A DNA stretch of 64,000 bases from Podarcis liolepis (lineage: Eukaryota). Location of the stretch: assembly GCA_965112155.1 (NCBI GenBank), contig OZ218098.1; one strand, 5' to 3'. Every line of letters starts with the position of its first letter. Within the stretch, counting starts at the first letter, position 1. The notes below the pieces were generated by a model. It did no database searches. It was not told the origin of the DNA and saw only the letters and a list, made by a program, of their open reading frames with translations. This document shows, in pieces, positions 11,019 to 23,150 of the stretch. The translations under genes were made by a program, and so were the position numbers.

Positions 11019-13799
11019 GTGAGTAAGGCCATCAGAAGCTGTGCGCTGCCTCCTGCTTCTCATCCTCACTCCCCCTGCAACATCCTCTATATGGACAGGG
11101 GGTGACATCTGGCTTTTTACTTTGTTTTGTTTTTCCCTTTTTGCTTTTTATTTTTAATTTGTTTTACTTTTCGGTAGTAGTAGACATTTTGGCCGGATTT
11201 TGCATGCAAGATACAACACAGCTTTTTCCCCTCCTCACCACTGGCATCCAAAATGTAAGTAAATAGTTTCTGTGTGTGTGTGTTTGTGTGTAGTATTTAA
11301 CTTCAGAAGTTTAATGCAACCATCAAAAGTGTACGTGCAGTTAAAGATGTGCAGTTAAAAAGATCAAGCAGAGTCGAGCAAAATTTTCCCTTGGAGGGAC
11401 CAAAAATCATGCCAGCCCAAACAAGGCAAGACTTGGCTATTAATAGATGAGGAACAATCTGCAACAAATGATCCATGAGCAGCAAAATGCCTTCAGGGGT
11501 TGGTAAGCAATGACAGTGCAGAACAGGCAACCTCTGTCAAAATGACCTGCTAGAAGTTTTGGTGGGGCTGTTTCATCCTTCTAGGGCTGCTTAAACACTG
11601 CCTAACACTGCTGTTTTTAAACTAGTTTAGCTGCTGCAGTATTTCCAATACCACTGAGATTGATTTGTATGTTATAGATGTATCATGACTAAGACTGTTC
11701 ATGTTGAAGACTTCCATGATGCTTTCAACAAATTCCTAGAAATTAAATTCCTAGAAATTAGGGATGAGGAAGAAAAACTTCACCTTTCCCCCCACCCAGT
11801 TATGTAAGGGCAATATTTACTTACTGCTCTGGTTCTTTCATGTGGCTTCTGACATCTTCTCCTGGAATTGTGCCTGCTATATAGGAACAACCCAAATAAC
11901 TTCTGGCAAATCATTCAAACCCCCCCCCCCAAAAAAAAGGGATTAGGAAAATCCAGTTGTAATAATGAGTCATTTAGTTGGGAACTGTGATGCCTAGGAG
12001 GGTGGGGAACACACCACTCTGTGTATTGTCTCTTTTTATTTGTTTTATTTAACAATATTTCTAGACTGCTTAAGCAAAAAAGAAAATTTCTAAGAAGTTT
12101 ACATAACAGTCATAAATCCCACTTATGCCCACTAGTCCTCAAAGTCATCCTGAGAATCACATCACTGGTTGTCATTTTCTAGCTGAAAAAGAGACAGACT
12201 GATTTGGCAAGGAGTATCCAAGGAATTTTTTGTCCACCATGGGATTGAATTCCACTCCCTGAAACCCAGTTTCAATGCTTTTCCTCATAATAGGCATACT
12301 GGAGACAGTGGAAGACACGCAAGTCTTGCAGTTGGCACAAAATTCCTGCCCTCCATAAACATGAACTGAAGAAATCTCAGGTCAATTTTTTAGTATAAAA
12401 GTGCCAGGAATGTTTGTGGAAGTGAAGCAGGAGTTTTGTAAGTGGCCCAACAGAGATGTACCGTATGTACATTCTGCTTGCAGTGACACATTTTTTTGAA
12501 CATTTCCATGAAGAAGTGGGGCATGGAATTAATTGTGAAATACCAGCTTTACCTTCTCGCAAGCCACTACACCATTGTTTCATGGGGTTGACATAACAGC
12601 TTTATGCCAAGCAACCTTCTCATGGACAAAGACTGCAAAATGTTCATGTAGCAAATTCATTGTGAGATCTGCAATGTAGGTTCATGAAACTCTTGGGGAT
12701 GAAATGCTCAAGGCAACTATGATAAGCTTGCAACACTTAACGAACATAACAGCATGTGACAAAAAGGCCAACCCCAAACCACCTTGATCTGAGATAAGGC
12801 AGTCTGATCTGTGACTTCCAGCAGAATTACAAACAGGGTATAACTACTCACACTGCTAGCCTTAGCGATGGCCTGAGTTGTTGCACAGTGAGCATTGTCA
12901 GTTCACCCTTTGCAGATCCCTAGACCAGTGTCTCCCAACCTTTTTCCAACCTTGGCCCCCTAGGCACTAGCTGTGATGTGATCAGTTGTTGTGGATCGCC
13001 CTCCTAATATTGTGGGCTCTTCTATCACTAACTTCCAACAACTATTTTGATCAGGCTCTTACGCCTCAGTCCATCAAAGCACTTGGTCTCTAACGAACTA
13101 CTGAATTCAGTGGGGCTTAGGCAATCAGAAAGTTGTTTGTGGGTTTTTTCCAAATATGGTGAGGAGTTAGCCACTTTTTTCATGTTCTTATGCTGTTCCA
13201 GATCCCTGCTGATGCCATTCAGCCAGCATTTTGGGGGGCTACTAATACACTGTCATTTTTATTTGTAAGGTTTTTCTTAGTTTTCATTCTGGTTGTGTGA
13301 TTTGTCACATACAGTGTTTGGATAATATGGAAGAGTGCCTAATCCACCCCAGGTCCTTCTTGCTCCCTCTAGAACTTCATCAAATGGACCAAGTCTACAT
13401 TCTGTGACTCATGCCATAGAAAATCTTCAGGCAAATAATTTGGTTTCCATTCAAATTAATGCTGTTTTTGGAATACCAATGACCATACAGCAGTGTTTTT
13501 TGTTGAATTGGGGTTTAAATTGAATTAACTGTGGTGGTGGAGATGTAAAATCTGCATGCATTCTAACAACGTTTGCATTTTTGTGTTAATATGCTTGTGT
13601 TTGTCAGTGTCTATTCAGCAGTGCTAACTTCAGTGAGCCTGCTTGATGCTTTCATCTGCTTACCCTAGTTGAAGTAAAGGAAGATAGGGCTCATATAACT
13701 TTAGCAGATGCGTAGGAGCTGCAGTTCTAGCAGGTGCAGCTTTTCCCCACTTCTGCCATGACCAGCTGCGCCTGCTAAAATTCTTCTGTATAGCTGCAA

Positions 13800-14330
13800 T
13801 ATTTATTTAAAACTTTTTCATACCATTCTTCACTCATAAAAATTTCAGGGCATTGCACCATCAAGATAGACATAAAATGCAACAATAAAACCAGAGTAGA
13901 GAGAGGCTACATTCTTAAAACATGCACAAGATTAAATGTCAGGCTGAGCAATAATATTTCAGCCTGGTGCCATCAATGTAGGCACCAGGTTAGTCTCTAT
14001 AACAAGAGTACTCCATAGAGGGCATGTCAGTACCAAAAAAGGTCCTTAATCACACCCAGGTTGCAGTGAGAATGGGTGCTCCTTCAGGTTTGGGGCTCTT
14101 AAGCTGTGTAGGGCTTTAAAAGTAAATACCAGCTTATTTAATGTGGTGAATAGATCGCCACACACAAACATATAGCCATCTGGCCATACTACCCAGAACT
14201 CTGGCAGCTATATTCTGCATCTATACCAATTGAAGCTTCCAAGTTGTCTTCAAGGGCACATGAAATGCAAATCAGTAATCAAGTCAAGATGTTTCCAAAG
14301 CAGGAATCATCTTGACCAGACTGTTTAAGG
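13800..14330 (-). mobile_element. L2-type LINE 3' fragment, degraded
   Basis: Reverse strand encodes remnants resembling PLKTTWKLQL... and KLVFTFKALHSL, the L2 ORF2 C-terminus; A-rich tail near 13800. Confidence 0.55.
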
Positions 14331-16801
14331 TATATGAGCCTGGTTCTCCTTTGCAATCTGAGCAGCATAACAGGAAGAAGAGGGTTGAGCCATATATTGC
14401 AATTTAAAATGCCTTGAATAGTTTCTACTTGCAGTCCAGCATGTTTCAATCACATATCGGTCTTTACCAGGAAACTACATTTCTGAAAATATTCCACAGG
14501 GGTGCAGGTGTGGAGAAACCCTTACTAATTGGAAACGATTGCATTCTTAAAATTCTTCACTAATATTCTGTATTACATATAATTTGTGATATTGGGTCAC
14601 ATTTCTAATATAATATCTAGAACAATATTTTAGAAACTCAAAGAGAATTTAATATTTCAAAATACATCTTTGCAAGTGACATAAACAGTTATCCCTATGG
14701 CCCACCATTCCCAATCTGCTCAGGAGGCTTGGAAACTCCCAAAACAGCCAGATAGAACAATAATTTAGCATTATACTGACTTCCACCCTATGTGTTTAGT
14801 GGTAGATCTATTTCTTTAAAATTCTAACTTTAAAATGTTACTTCTCAAAATATATATTATACAGAACACTTTTTTTCTTTGCATTCTCTTGTGTCTATCT
14901 TAAACATACTAGCATCAAAATACTGTAGTATAAAGAGAGCTCTAGCTACAAGCTCTTATGGTAGCATATTTCTCAAACCTGTCTGGACAGTTAATAGTTC
15001 TATAGGTGCACACTATCTGTTGTGCAGATTGAAGACAACACAGAGATTCAAGTTTTCATTTAGTATTTCCTTCATTTAGTCTTTTTTTGACACACATAAC
15101 ATATGATTTTGAGCTATGTTATAAATATTTGTGATTAAACAGCAATATATGGCTTTTTAACATCTCAGATTACTTGTAATACTTCTGAGTAAAGAAATAT
15201 TATAATGACAAATATTAATATGTAGCTTTAGCAGCTTGTGGGATTTTCATGGAATCATTATTTGTCTGAATCTTGGCAAAACTGGTTTGTGGATCTCAAC
15301 CCAAAACTCTTTGGGCAAGAATGAGAAAGATCCATCAAAACTGCTTTGCAATTTAAATGACAATGTAGAGAAGTCTGGTTTAAGTGCAGCACTTATTTTT
15401 GTGTGAATGCAGGACAATAATCGTCACAATAATTATGTACAACTAAATACAACTTAAACACTCTTGCGGCTCCCAGGACAATTTTCTTTTTTCATTTCTG
15501 TTTGATATAAAAGCCCTTAACTCAGGGGTAACCAATGGAGTGTCCTTCTGATATTGCTGAACTGCAGCTCCTTGACCATTGCCTGGGGCTAATGGCACTC
15601 AACCACATTCTGAGGGTACCATCTGCTTGACTACCCATGATGTGCTCTACTGATCAGTCAGTTTTCTTTCTTTCTTTTTTTAAAGTAATATTTTTCTCTT
15701 GGTGCCTGTTTGACATGGTAAAAATTAAACACATCTACCACCTTGTTCTAGCTAAGGTTTGATACTACTCTTTTGATCACGAATTGCATTATTGCATCCT
15801 TCCCTTCCACAATCACTACAGGGCAGGCAGGGTGATCCACTTTTATTTGCTTGTGGATTATCCTACAAAAGAATGGAAAAGTTTGCTGTGACAGCAGGGT
15901 GATCTCCCACATCCACCACTCAGAAGGGTGCCTGCAGTGCCTGTTATGTTGTGTGCATACCGTCAAACGAGTAATTTGATCCATCAGCAGTGATAAGACC
16001 AATAAGCAGTTGGGATAAGATGCCTGGACTGAGTCTGGCCACACACACCTCAACTCAATAGGCAATCAGTATTGTAAGGACGGTGTGGGAGGGGGTATCT
16101 TTGAGTGCAGCCATAAATGGGATACCTTATGCTGTGCTCTAATGTTTCTTTGGATTTGGGCCAAGGAGCACAAAAAAACAGAAACAAAGAAAATGCCGTT
16201 TGGATTTTTAAGGTGGGTGCTTAAATTTAAAATTATGTACTTGCACACCTCAGATTGCATTTATGTTTAAGCTGACTGAAGTATATGGATCATGTACATT
16301 TTTAAAGGATTGACACTTGATAGGCTGAATGGTCAAACACCTGAAAATCTTTTTAAAAAACACAACAAATCCAAGGAGATTGAACTCTTCTGGCTCCACC
16401 TGACGTTTTATTTCAAACTGAGTTCATTGGGAGGATATAGATTTCAGCACTAGAACAGAATGTTAAGAGTTTGGTGAATGCTCTCCATGTATAGTATTGT
16501 TGTGGATGTTTTAAGGGCCTTGCAAAATGGGGGGTGGGAGTGGGCTGGTATAGCAGAGGTAGCTCCTCATACTGCTGCTTCCATTAAAACCTTTGATTCC
16601 CCCCCCCTTTGAATGATTTTAAGATTACTACACCTTTTTTCTTCTTTTCCTGCTTGCCACTTAGTGCCTCTTTGTTTGGAAAGCATGTTAGTTGCACAGT
16701 GCACATTGCTACCTTGCACTCACCTGCTTCTGCTGATCTTGTGCCTCTTAATCTCTCTCCCCATTGTAACTTTGTTCTCTTTCCTCCATGCTGCCAAAAA
16801 G

Positions 16802-16861
16802 GAGACAAACAGTTCAGAGGAGTCAGAATGTGATGACCTTGATCCCAACACTAGCATGGAG
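16802..16861 (+). CDS. KALRN: KALRN exon G: ETNSSEESECDDLDPNTSME
   Basis: aag acceptor, gtagac donor; 60 nt, phase 0-0; peptide recognisable from the kalirin-12 linker. Confidence 0.9.
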
Positions 16862-17371
16862 GTAGACAATAACCCTTTTGCACCTTCCCTTTCCCCCCAC
16901 CTTGCACCTTTTTCTATCCCACCCCCCTGAGAAATTCTGCATGTGTAGTGGAATGCACTTGGGGCTGACTGATAGGCAGAATGCCATCTCAGCAGATCTA
17001 GGGCAGTGTTAAAGGGCAACAAACTATCACTGATCTAATTTGTTAAAAACCTTTTAACTGCCCTTTATATTCTGCACATGAGGTGTCAGATTGGCTTGGG
17101 CTAATCGTTACAATACTGTAAATGTGTATCTTGTATGCACCAGTGTGTTTTGAACTGCCTACAATGCTGGTTTTCCATTCCCTGGAGAAGAGTGTACAAA
17201 AAAACCACACCTACCATTGGCAATCACTTGAATATGCCCTTAATCATTACCAATGAGAAATGGTCATGTTTTGACCGATATTAGCAACTGTCCATGGTCA
17301 GCTGCTGTCCATTGGTACTACTGAAGTGCATTTACCAGTAAGATCTGGGCAGTTTCAGATTCCATTTAGTA

Positions 17372-17505
17372 CAAGGTGGAGAACCTGTGGTCCTCCTACT
17401 GTTAGACCCCCAACTCCCATCAGCTCCAGCCAGCATGGCTAATGGTCAGGGATGATGGAAGTTGTAGTCTGACAAGAGTTGAAGAACCATTGGTGCCCCA
17501 TCCCT
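17372..17505. mobile_element. Palindromic lizard hAT-type MITE (related degraded copies at ~15524, ~19468, ~35655, ~50850, ~53200 and ~61560)
   Basis: caactcccatcagc...cagcatggc...cagggatgatggaagttgtagt core shared among the copies. Confidence 0.6.
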
Positions 17506-18945
17506 GGTTGCAGTGAAACTTGCCTTGCAGACTTCAGCTGTAAGGCAAACTTGATACAACAAATAAAAAATTGTCCAGTAGCACCTTAGAGACCAACTAA
17601 TACAACAAGGCAGTGAATTCCTACCTCCCAACTTCCTTCTTTTATTTGCTTTTGGCTAAACAGTGCTATGTTGATACCACTGTACTTGCTGTGCCTTTGT
17701 AATTATAGTTTATTTTAAAAGACTTTTAATAGAATATCCATTGTTGGCCTCACTGCTTTGTTTACATGAATGCAAAACCTAGGGACAAAGGAAGAGGAAG
17801 CCCAGAAGAAAATGAGATACAGCAATATTTTTGTATGGAAGGTGTCAGGGGAAAGGTCTCGTATTCTAAAAGGCCAGCAACACTGGGCCTTACACAGGCT
17901 CATTTCATGTGCTCCCCCATATATTATGTTATTGTCATGAAAAAGGAGCATATCCCTCTCTCCTCGTGACAGTTATGAAACATTTGTCCCTCTGCGAAGA
18001 CGGCCTTCTGCCATCTGCCTTGCTCTAGCAACAGTACTCTGCCAACTTGCAAAATGTTACAGTGCTGTTTTGAACTCACAAACAAGTTGGCTACTTATAC
18101 ATCAACAGAAGAAGACACAGATGTATGTGCTAATTATGTATGTGCTAATTTCTATGTATCTGTAGAAATTTAATATAAAAAGAGACAATTACTGTGATTT
18201 AAATAGAAATATGATGCATCTCAACATAGTGTGGAAGACTTTGGCCAGGTGATCTATATGCCTTCTCAATTTCCGGTCCAGATACTCACTGTTGATGGAC
18301 AACTTCATGGCCCCTGATGTCCCCACTTGGGGCTCTTTATCTTTAAACTGGACTTCAAATAGAGGACTGTCCTCTGTAAAGTAGGACACATTGCCACCCA
18401 GCTCACAAAGCAGACTTGCAGTATCCCAGTGCTTCAGTTTGTTCTGTAACACTCCATTCATCTGGTTGACCATGTTGTGTCCAGTAACCCTGCCATCTTA
18501 GTGTCCAGCCATCTTCCAAGCAGCTGGCTTGGACCACTCACAGTTCCACAGTCTCCCTGCTTTGACTGATTAGTAAAAGTCTTCATCCATCTACTGTATC
18601 TTCGTTTGTTCTTCCTCACTTCCTTCTCTTGAAAGGTGTATATATAGCAAAGACAGGGGAGTGCGCACACTTGCCTCTGTCTGTCTGCTAGTCACTAGAC
18701 TCCAAAGCAGAATATTGAGGCTCTTCAGTCTTTGGGTAGGTTAAGAACAAAATGGCTACTATATACCTCTTCCCTTCTCAAAGCTTGTCCTTAATAGGTG
18801 CCCTCTGCTTTTCTTAACACAACCAACCAGCTAAATTTCCTGGTAAAAAGAAAATGCAGCTGCTCTTGGCTCTGAATGGTGCTGTCAAGAGCAGAGAGCA
18901 GGTAAGGGGTGACATTTGACAGGAAACTAGCTTAGAGGTCTCTGT

Positions 18946-19040
18946 AGGCTGATTTTTCTCCAAGTAAGAGTTACACTTTTTCAGAAGTGTAACATAAAGT
19001 TTAGTTTGACCATCACATTGGGCCTACACATGCAGTAGGA
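18946..19040 (+). repeat. Copy 1 of a ~95-bp direct repeat (copy 2 at 20405-20503)
   Basis: aggctg.tttttct.caagtaagag...tgtaacataaagt.tagtttgaccatcacattgggccta...agtagga is present twice. Confidence 0.85.
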
Positions 19041-21666
19041 TAACGTGGCAGTGTGTGTGTATCAGGCCCTTACTGGTGTGGATGGGAGGATATCATTTCC
19101 AAATACTTCCCCAGGTTAAAACACAAACCATCCCTGGGAATAAAATGTTAACGCATCTAAGAAAGAAAATCCAGCCTAGCTCTTTTCTTAACTGCCTTCT
19201 GTTTCTATTTTGCGAAATCTCTGGACAAATGGAATGTGCGTATTAAATGCACCTTTATAGCACTGCTGACAGTTACAGCTCCCCCCCCCCAAAAAAAATT
19301 ATGGGAACTGTAGTTTACCCACCTCAGTGCTACACTACCCAGCACCCTTAACAAACTACAGACCCCAAGATTCTTTGTGAGAAGTTGTGTGTTTTAAATA
19401 GCCAGACTGTACTGTGCGACAATCAGAAAGCCTTGATTACAAGGTCCCTTCAGCCTGCATTGTTTATGCCTGGGTGGAGAATCTCTGCCCTTCGGGAAGT
19501 TGTTGCACTCTTGACTCCCAACAGCCCCAGCCAGCATGGCCAGTCATCAGGGATGATGGGAAATTGGAAGTCCAGCAACATTTAGATAGCCACATGTTTC
19601 TCGTTCTTGATTTATGCCTTCTGGTTTTTCACAAAGGACAGTAATGTTACAACAAAGGTAGCTTATAATTATTTCAGTTGGTTTCACGAGCCCATTTGGA
19701 ATTGCAATTCAGATTGGAAAGATGTATGCCAGTTAGGATAGCCACCCTCCCCCCACCCAAAGAAATGCTCCAAACTTTTAATGGCTAGATGACAGGTAAT
19801 ACTGTAACTGCTATATTCTCCATGAGCAGAACTCAGGCTGGCAAAAGGCAAAAAAAGAAGAGATGGATTCTGAAAAGGCTTATTAATGTGCAACTGAGCC
19901 ACGTCTAAATGGACTAGGCAATTTGCCATGGCTACTTGCCCTGAAGGTGCGTTGTTAAAACCTTAAATATTGTGGATCCCTTTTTTGCCACTCCTGCTTT
20001 CTGCATATTTAGGGTGCAGCTGCACTTTACAATTGTTGCAAGAAATGTGAATGTTAGGGAAAAGTAGTAAACATTTAAAATTCATAATTTTAAAACTGAA
20101 ACTTTGAGTTTTACGATTTGTCAAATTTCACTTTTGAAATTTGACTTTGCGAGGTTTCGGTAAACTATCATTCTTGCTGGTGAATTTTAAGACTCAAAAT
20201 GCCAGCTCTTTTTCCTTCAGAACTTATAATGTGTAGTACTGCCTATAAACAAAAAAACCTCTCATCTCAGCCTTATGCAAAATAGTGATATTCTTTGTTT
20301 TAAATATCCATTTGTGTTTGAGTGGTTGCAAAGCAGTTCATCGTTAATCCACGAATCTTGGCGTAAGGCTGCTCTCTGCTGCTGAAGCAAAGTATTGCTT
20401 ACAAAGGCTGCTTTTTCTTCAAGTAAGAGTGGTAATGTTTTTCAGAAATGTAACATAAAGTGTAGTTTGACCATCACATTGGGCCTAAATGTACATAGTA
20501 GGAATGCTCTATAGTAAGAACTGAATGAATTTCAGAATATTTGCTAAAAATAACTAAATTTGCTTCAGTGTGTGAACACGCAAATTCTAATTTTATTATG
20601 TCCCAACATTACTATTTGCAGATATTATTAGATTAAAATGATTTTTTAAAAAGCTAAAACATTTGATTTGACAAATTAATAATCCTGTCTCAGATTTCAC
20701 TTCTCAAGACTAACAACAGTTTTCTAAAGTCATCCCACAAAACTAAGGCTCAAATTTCAGTTGAAACCCTTTGTAACTGAAAGCTTCGAATTTTAATGTT
20801 GTGCACATTTAGAGCTTCGTCTGTGGTTTTAGTGTGCCAGTGCTTGTCAGTGATGATTCCCCACCCCCACCCCCAATTTCCAGCCACACTCTGCTTCTGA
20901 CTACAGTATTCCATGTATGTCCAGGAAATTCCAGATGTATGGCAACCCTAGTTGTGTCTACATCAGAATGATGTGCTGCAGAAGGCCTCACTGTGCAGTT
21001 TGTTACCAGAAAGCAGGGACAGTGACCCACCAACAGATGGGCCTGAGGGCAATGTGGTATGGGTCAAAGAGTTCTACTCACTGCCAGCCTTTAACAAATT
21101 ACCCTTGAGAGAGGAAAGAACCACACTGGCTCTTCAGATCACCAGATACTGGAGGCATAGAACAACGGGTGGCCCTTGTCTTAATACCCTGATTCTTATC
21201 TAGATGTTCAAAAGTTGGCTGCTTTTGAGAGCGGTATACTGAACTGTATGGTTCTTTGACCCCAGCACAGCAATCTTTATGCATCTCAGGACTGTCCAGA
21301 ACTAGCTATGACATGAACTTTGTGGTTTCCTCCCAGTCATGTTGATTGCTGAAGAATGGGCCTAGGAAACAGTGGTTGTTGCACTTTATGACAAGGATAT
21401 AGGACCTTGGGGATTAGGAGCACTGACTCACATTTGGTCCCAAAAAACCTTTCCATACTGTGCACTGCAGCACCTTGCACTTCTAGACTCATGAGTGCTG
21501 GAATAGCACACCCAGGATCCTGAATCAGAACCTTTCAGAGATGCTTCTAGTTGCTCAGCAACCTAGTTCCTCAAATCTCTAATACTTTGCTGAGAATAAG
21601 CCCTCTTCTCATTGTCCCGTTAAAAAAGACTTTTCTATTTCTTTTATGTATGTGTTCTTTTTCCAG

Positions 21667-21694
21667 ATCATCAACCCAAACTTCATCCAGGAAG
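21667..21694 (+). CDS. KALRN: KALRN exon H (28-nt microexon): IINPNFIQE(V)
   Basis: Strong pyrimidine tract plus cag, gtgagt donor; phase 0-1 links G to I. Confidence 0.92.
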
Positions 21695-22515
21695 GTGAGT
21701 AAGGACAGAAATGTGGCAGGTTGTTCCCATGATCTAGCAAACCAAACATTGGGTTTAATCATCTTTGCCCAAACAAGTCCTGTGAAATCTTATCTGAGTA
21801 ATTAGTCAGGAAAGAATGATGCCACTCACAGTCCCAAGGAATCTATTGCATGGTGAACCAGCCAGTTTGAACCCACATTCAAATTTTGTCTGGTAAATAT
21901 GTGTGTGAGAGGGAGAGACATTCAGTATTCAATCATACTTCAATGTTATGTTACTTGGATTAATATTTGGTTTCATATTGCATCTGTTCACAAAAAATGA
22001 ACATATTTAATTAATTTATTTGAACGCAGTTTACTTGCTTTCCTTTGGTTTATTCAAATTTAAATAGATTTTGGTGTATTTTTAATACGATAAACATGAT
22101 TTTAGTTATTCATCCATCTCTGTATTCTGGAGACTCCCGTTTTGGTTCTGAAAGGCATGATATTGGTAACCCTTGTTCTAGAACTTCCCTCAGAATTCTT
22201 TGCAATGTTCTGGAATTTCATGGGAGACCAAGAGATGTAGGGTTTCCTCATGGAGACTTTCCAGGTGTGAATTTGTGTGAGAGAGTGCTGAGATTTCCAG
22301 GTTCCCTAGTTTCACCTGATAACAGATGTGGCTTTTATTGCTTGATGCTTGGTTTTACAGGAGGTGTTGGGCAAGGTCTTTATAACAGCCCTTTATAAAT
22401 AATCCTCAATACAACAGAGGCATCACTGAGGCACATTTTGTATTTTCAACATTCTGTGGTTAGTTTTATGTTTTCAGTGAACATTATGTATCTATACGTG
22501 TGGCCTTTGCTGCAG

Positions 22516-22687
22516 TTGCTCCAGAGTTTCTCGTGCCCTTAGTGGACATCACCTGCTTGCTTGGTGACACAGTAATGTTGCAGTGCAAAGTCTGTGGGCG
22601 ACCAAAGCCAACCATAACCTGGAAAGGACCAGATCAGAACATCCTGGACAACAACAACAGCACAGCTGCATATGCAGTTTCCTCCTG
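22516..22687 (+). CDS. KALRN: KALRN exon I (Ig-like domain, N-part): VAPEFLVPLVDITCLLGDTVMLQCKVCGRPKPTITWKGP...
   Basis: cag/gtacgt boundaries, 172 nt, phase 1-2; I-set Ig motif. Confidence 0.95.
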
Positions 22688-22858
22688 GTACGTTCATATT
22701 TTGCAGAGGGTGTTGGGATGGCACAAATGTAGCAGTTGCACTCCTAGAAAATGTGGTGCATTAAAAGTGTTTGAATCCAGCTAATGACCCTATATGCCCA
22801 ACTATGTTAGGAGAGCCAGTTTAGGACACTGAAATTTGAAAAAAAATAAATAAATGTA

Positions 22859-23150
22859 GGCATCTGGTTGGCGAATGTGGGAACAGGCTGCTGAACTAAA
22901 TGGGTATTTGATCTGATGAAGCAAGGCTCTTCTTATCATTCCCCTCAAAGGGGGAATTGGACAAATTAATGGAGGATAAGGCTGTCGAGGTACTAGCCAC
23001 TAGCTCTGCCTCCATGGTTGCTGTGGGCCACAGAAGGGGAGAGTGTTATTGTGCTAGGCTCCTGATTGCCAGTTTCACACAGCCATCTAAGTTGGCTGCT
23101 ATGAGAATAGGATGCTGAGCTAGGTGGGCCACTGGCCTGATCCAGTCCAG
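22859..23150 (+). mobile_element. CR1 LINE 3'-end fragments (two adjacent)
   Basis: ttggacaaattaatggaggataaggct...gttggc...aggatgctg...tggcctgatccag, typical of the squamate CR1 3' end. Confidence 0.6.

Noticed and set aside
11730-11760. Short tandem duplications (also at ~18125, ~24538, ~50528 and ~9867)
   Set aside because: Ordinary slippage duplications with no functional context
18189-18473. Retroviral integrase-like fragment (MVNQMNGVLQNKLKHW)
   Set aside because: Only a short resemblance, with no DDE context or LTRs; partly overlaps MITE-like sequence
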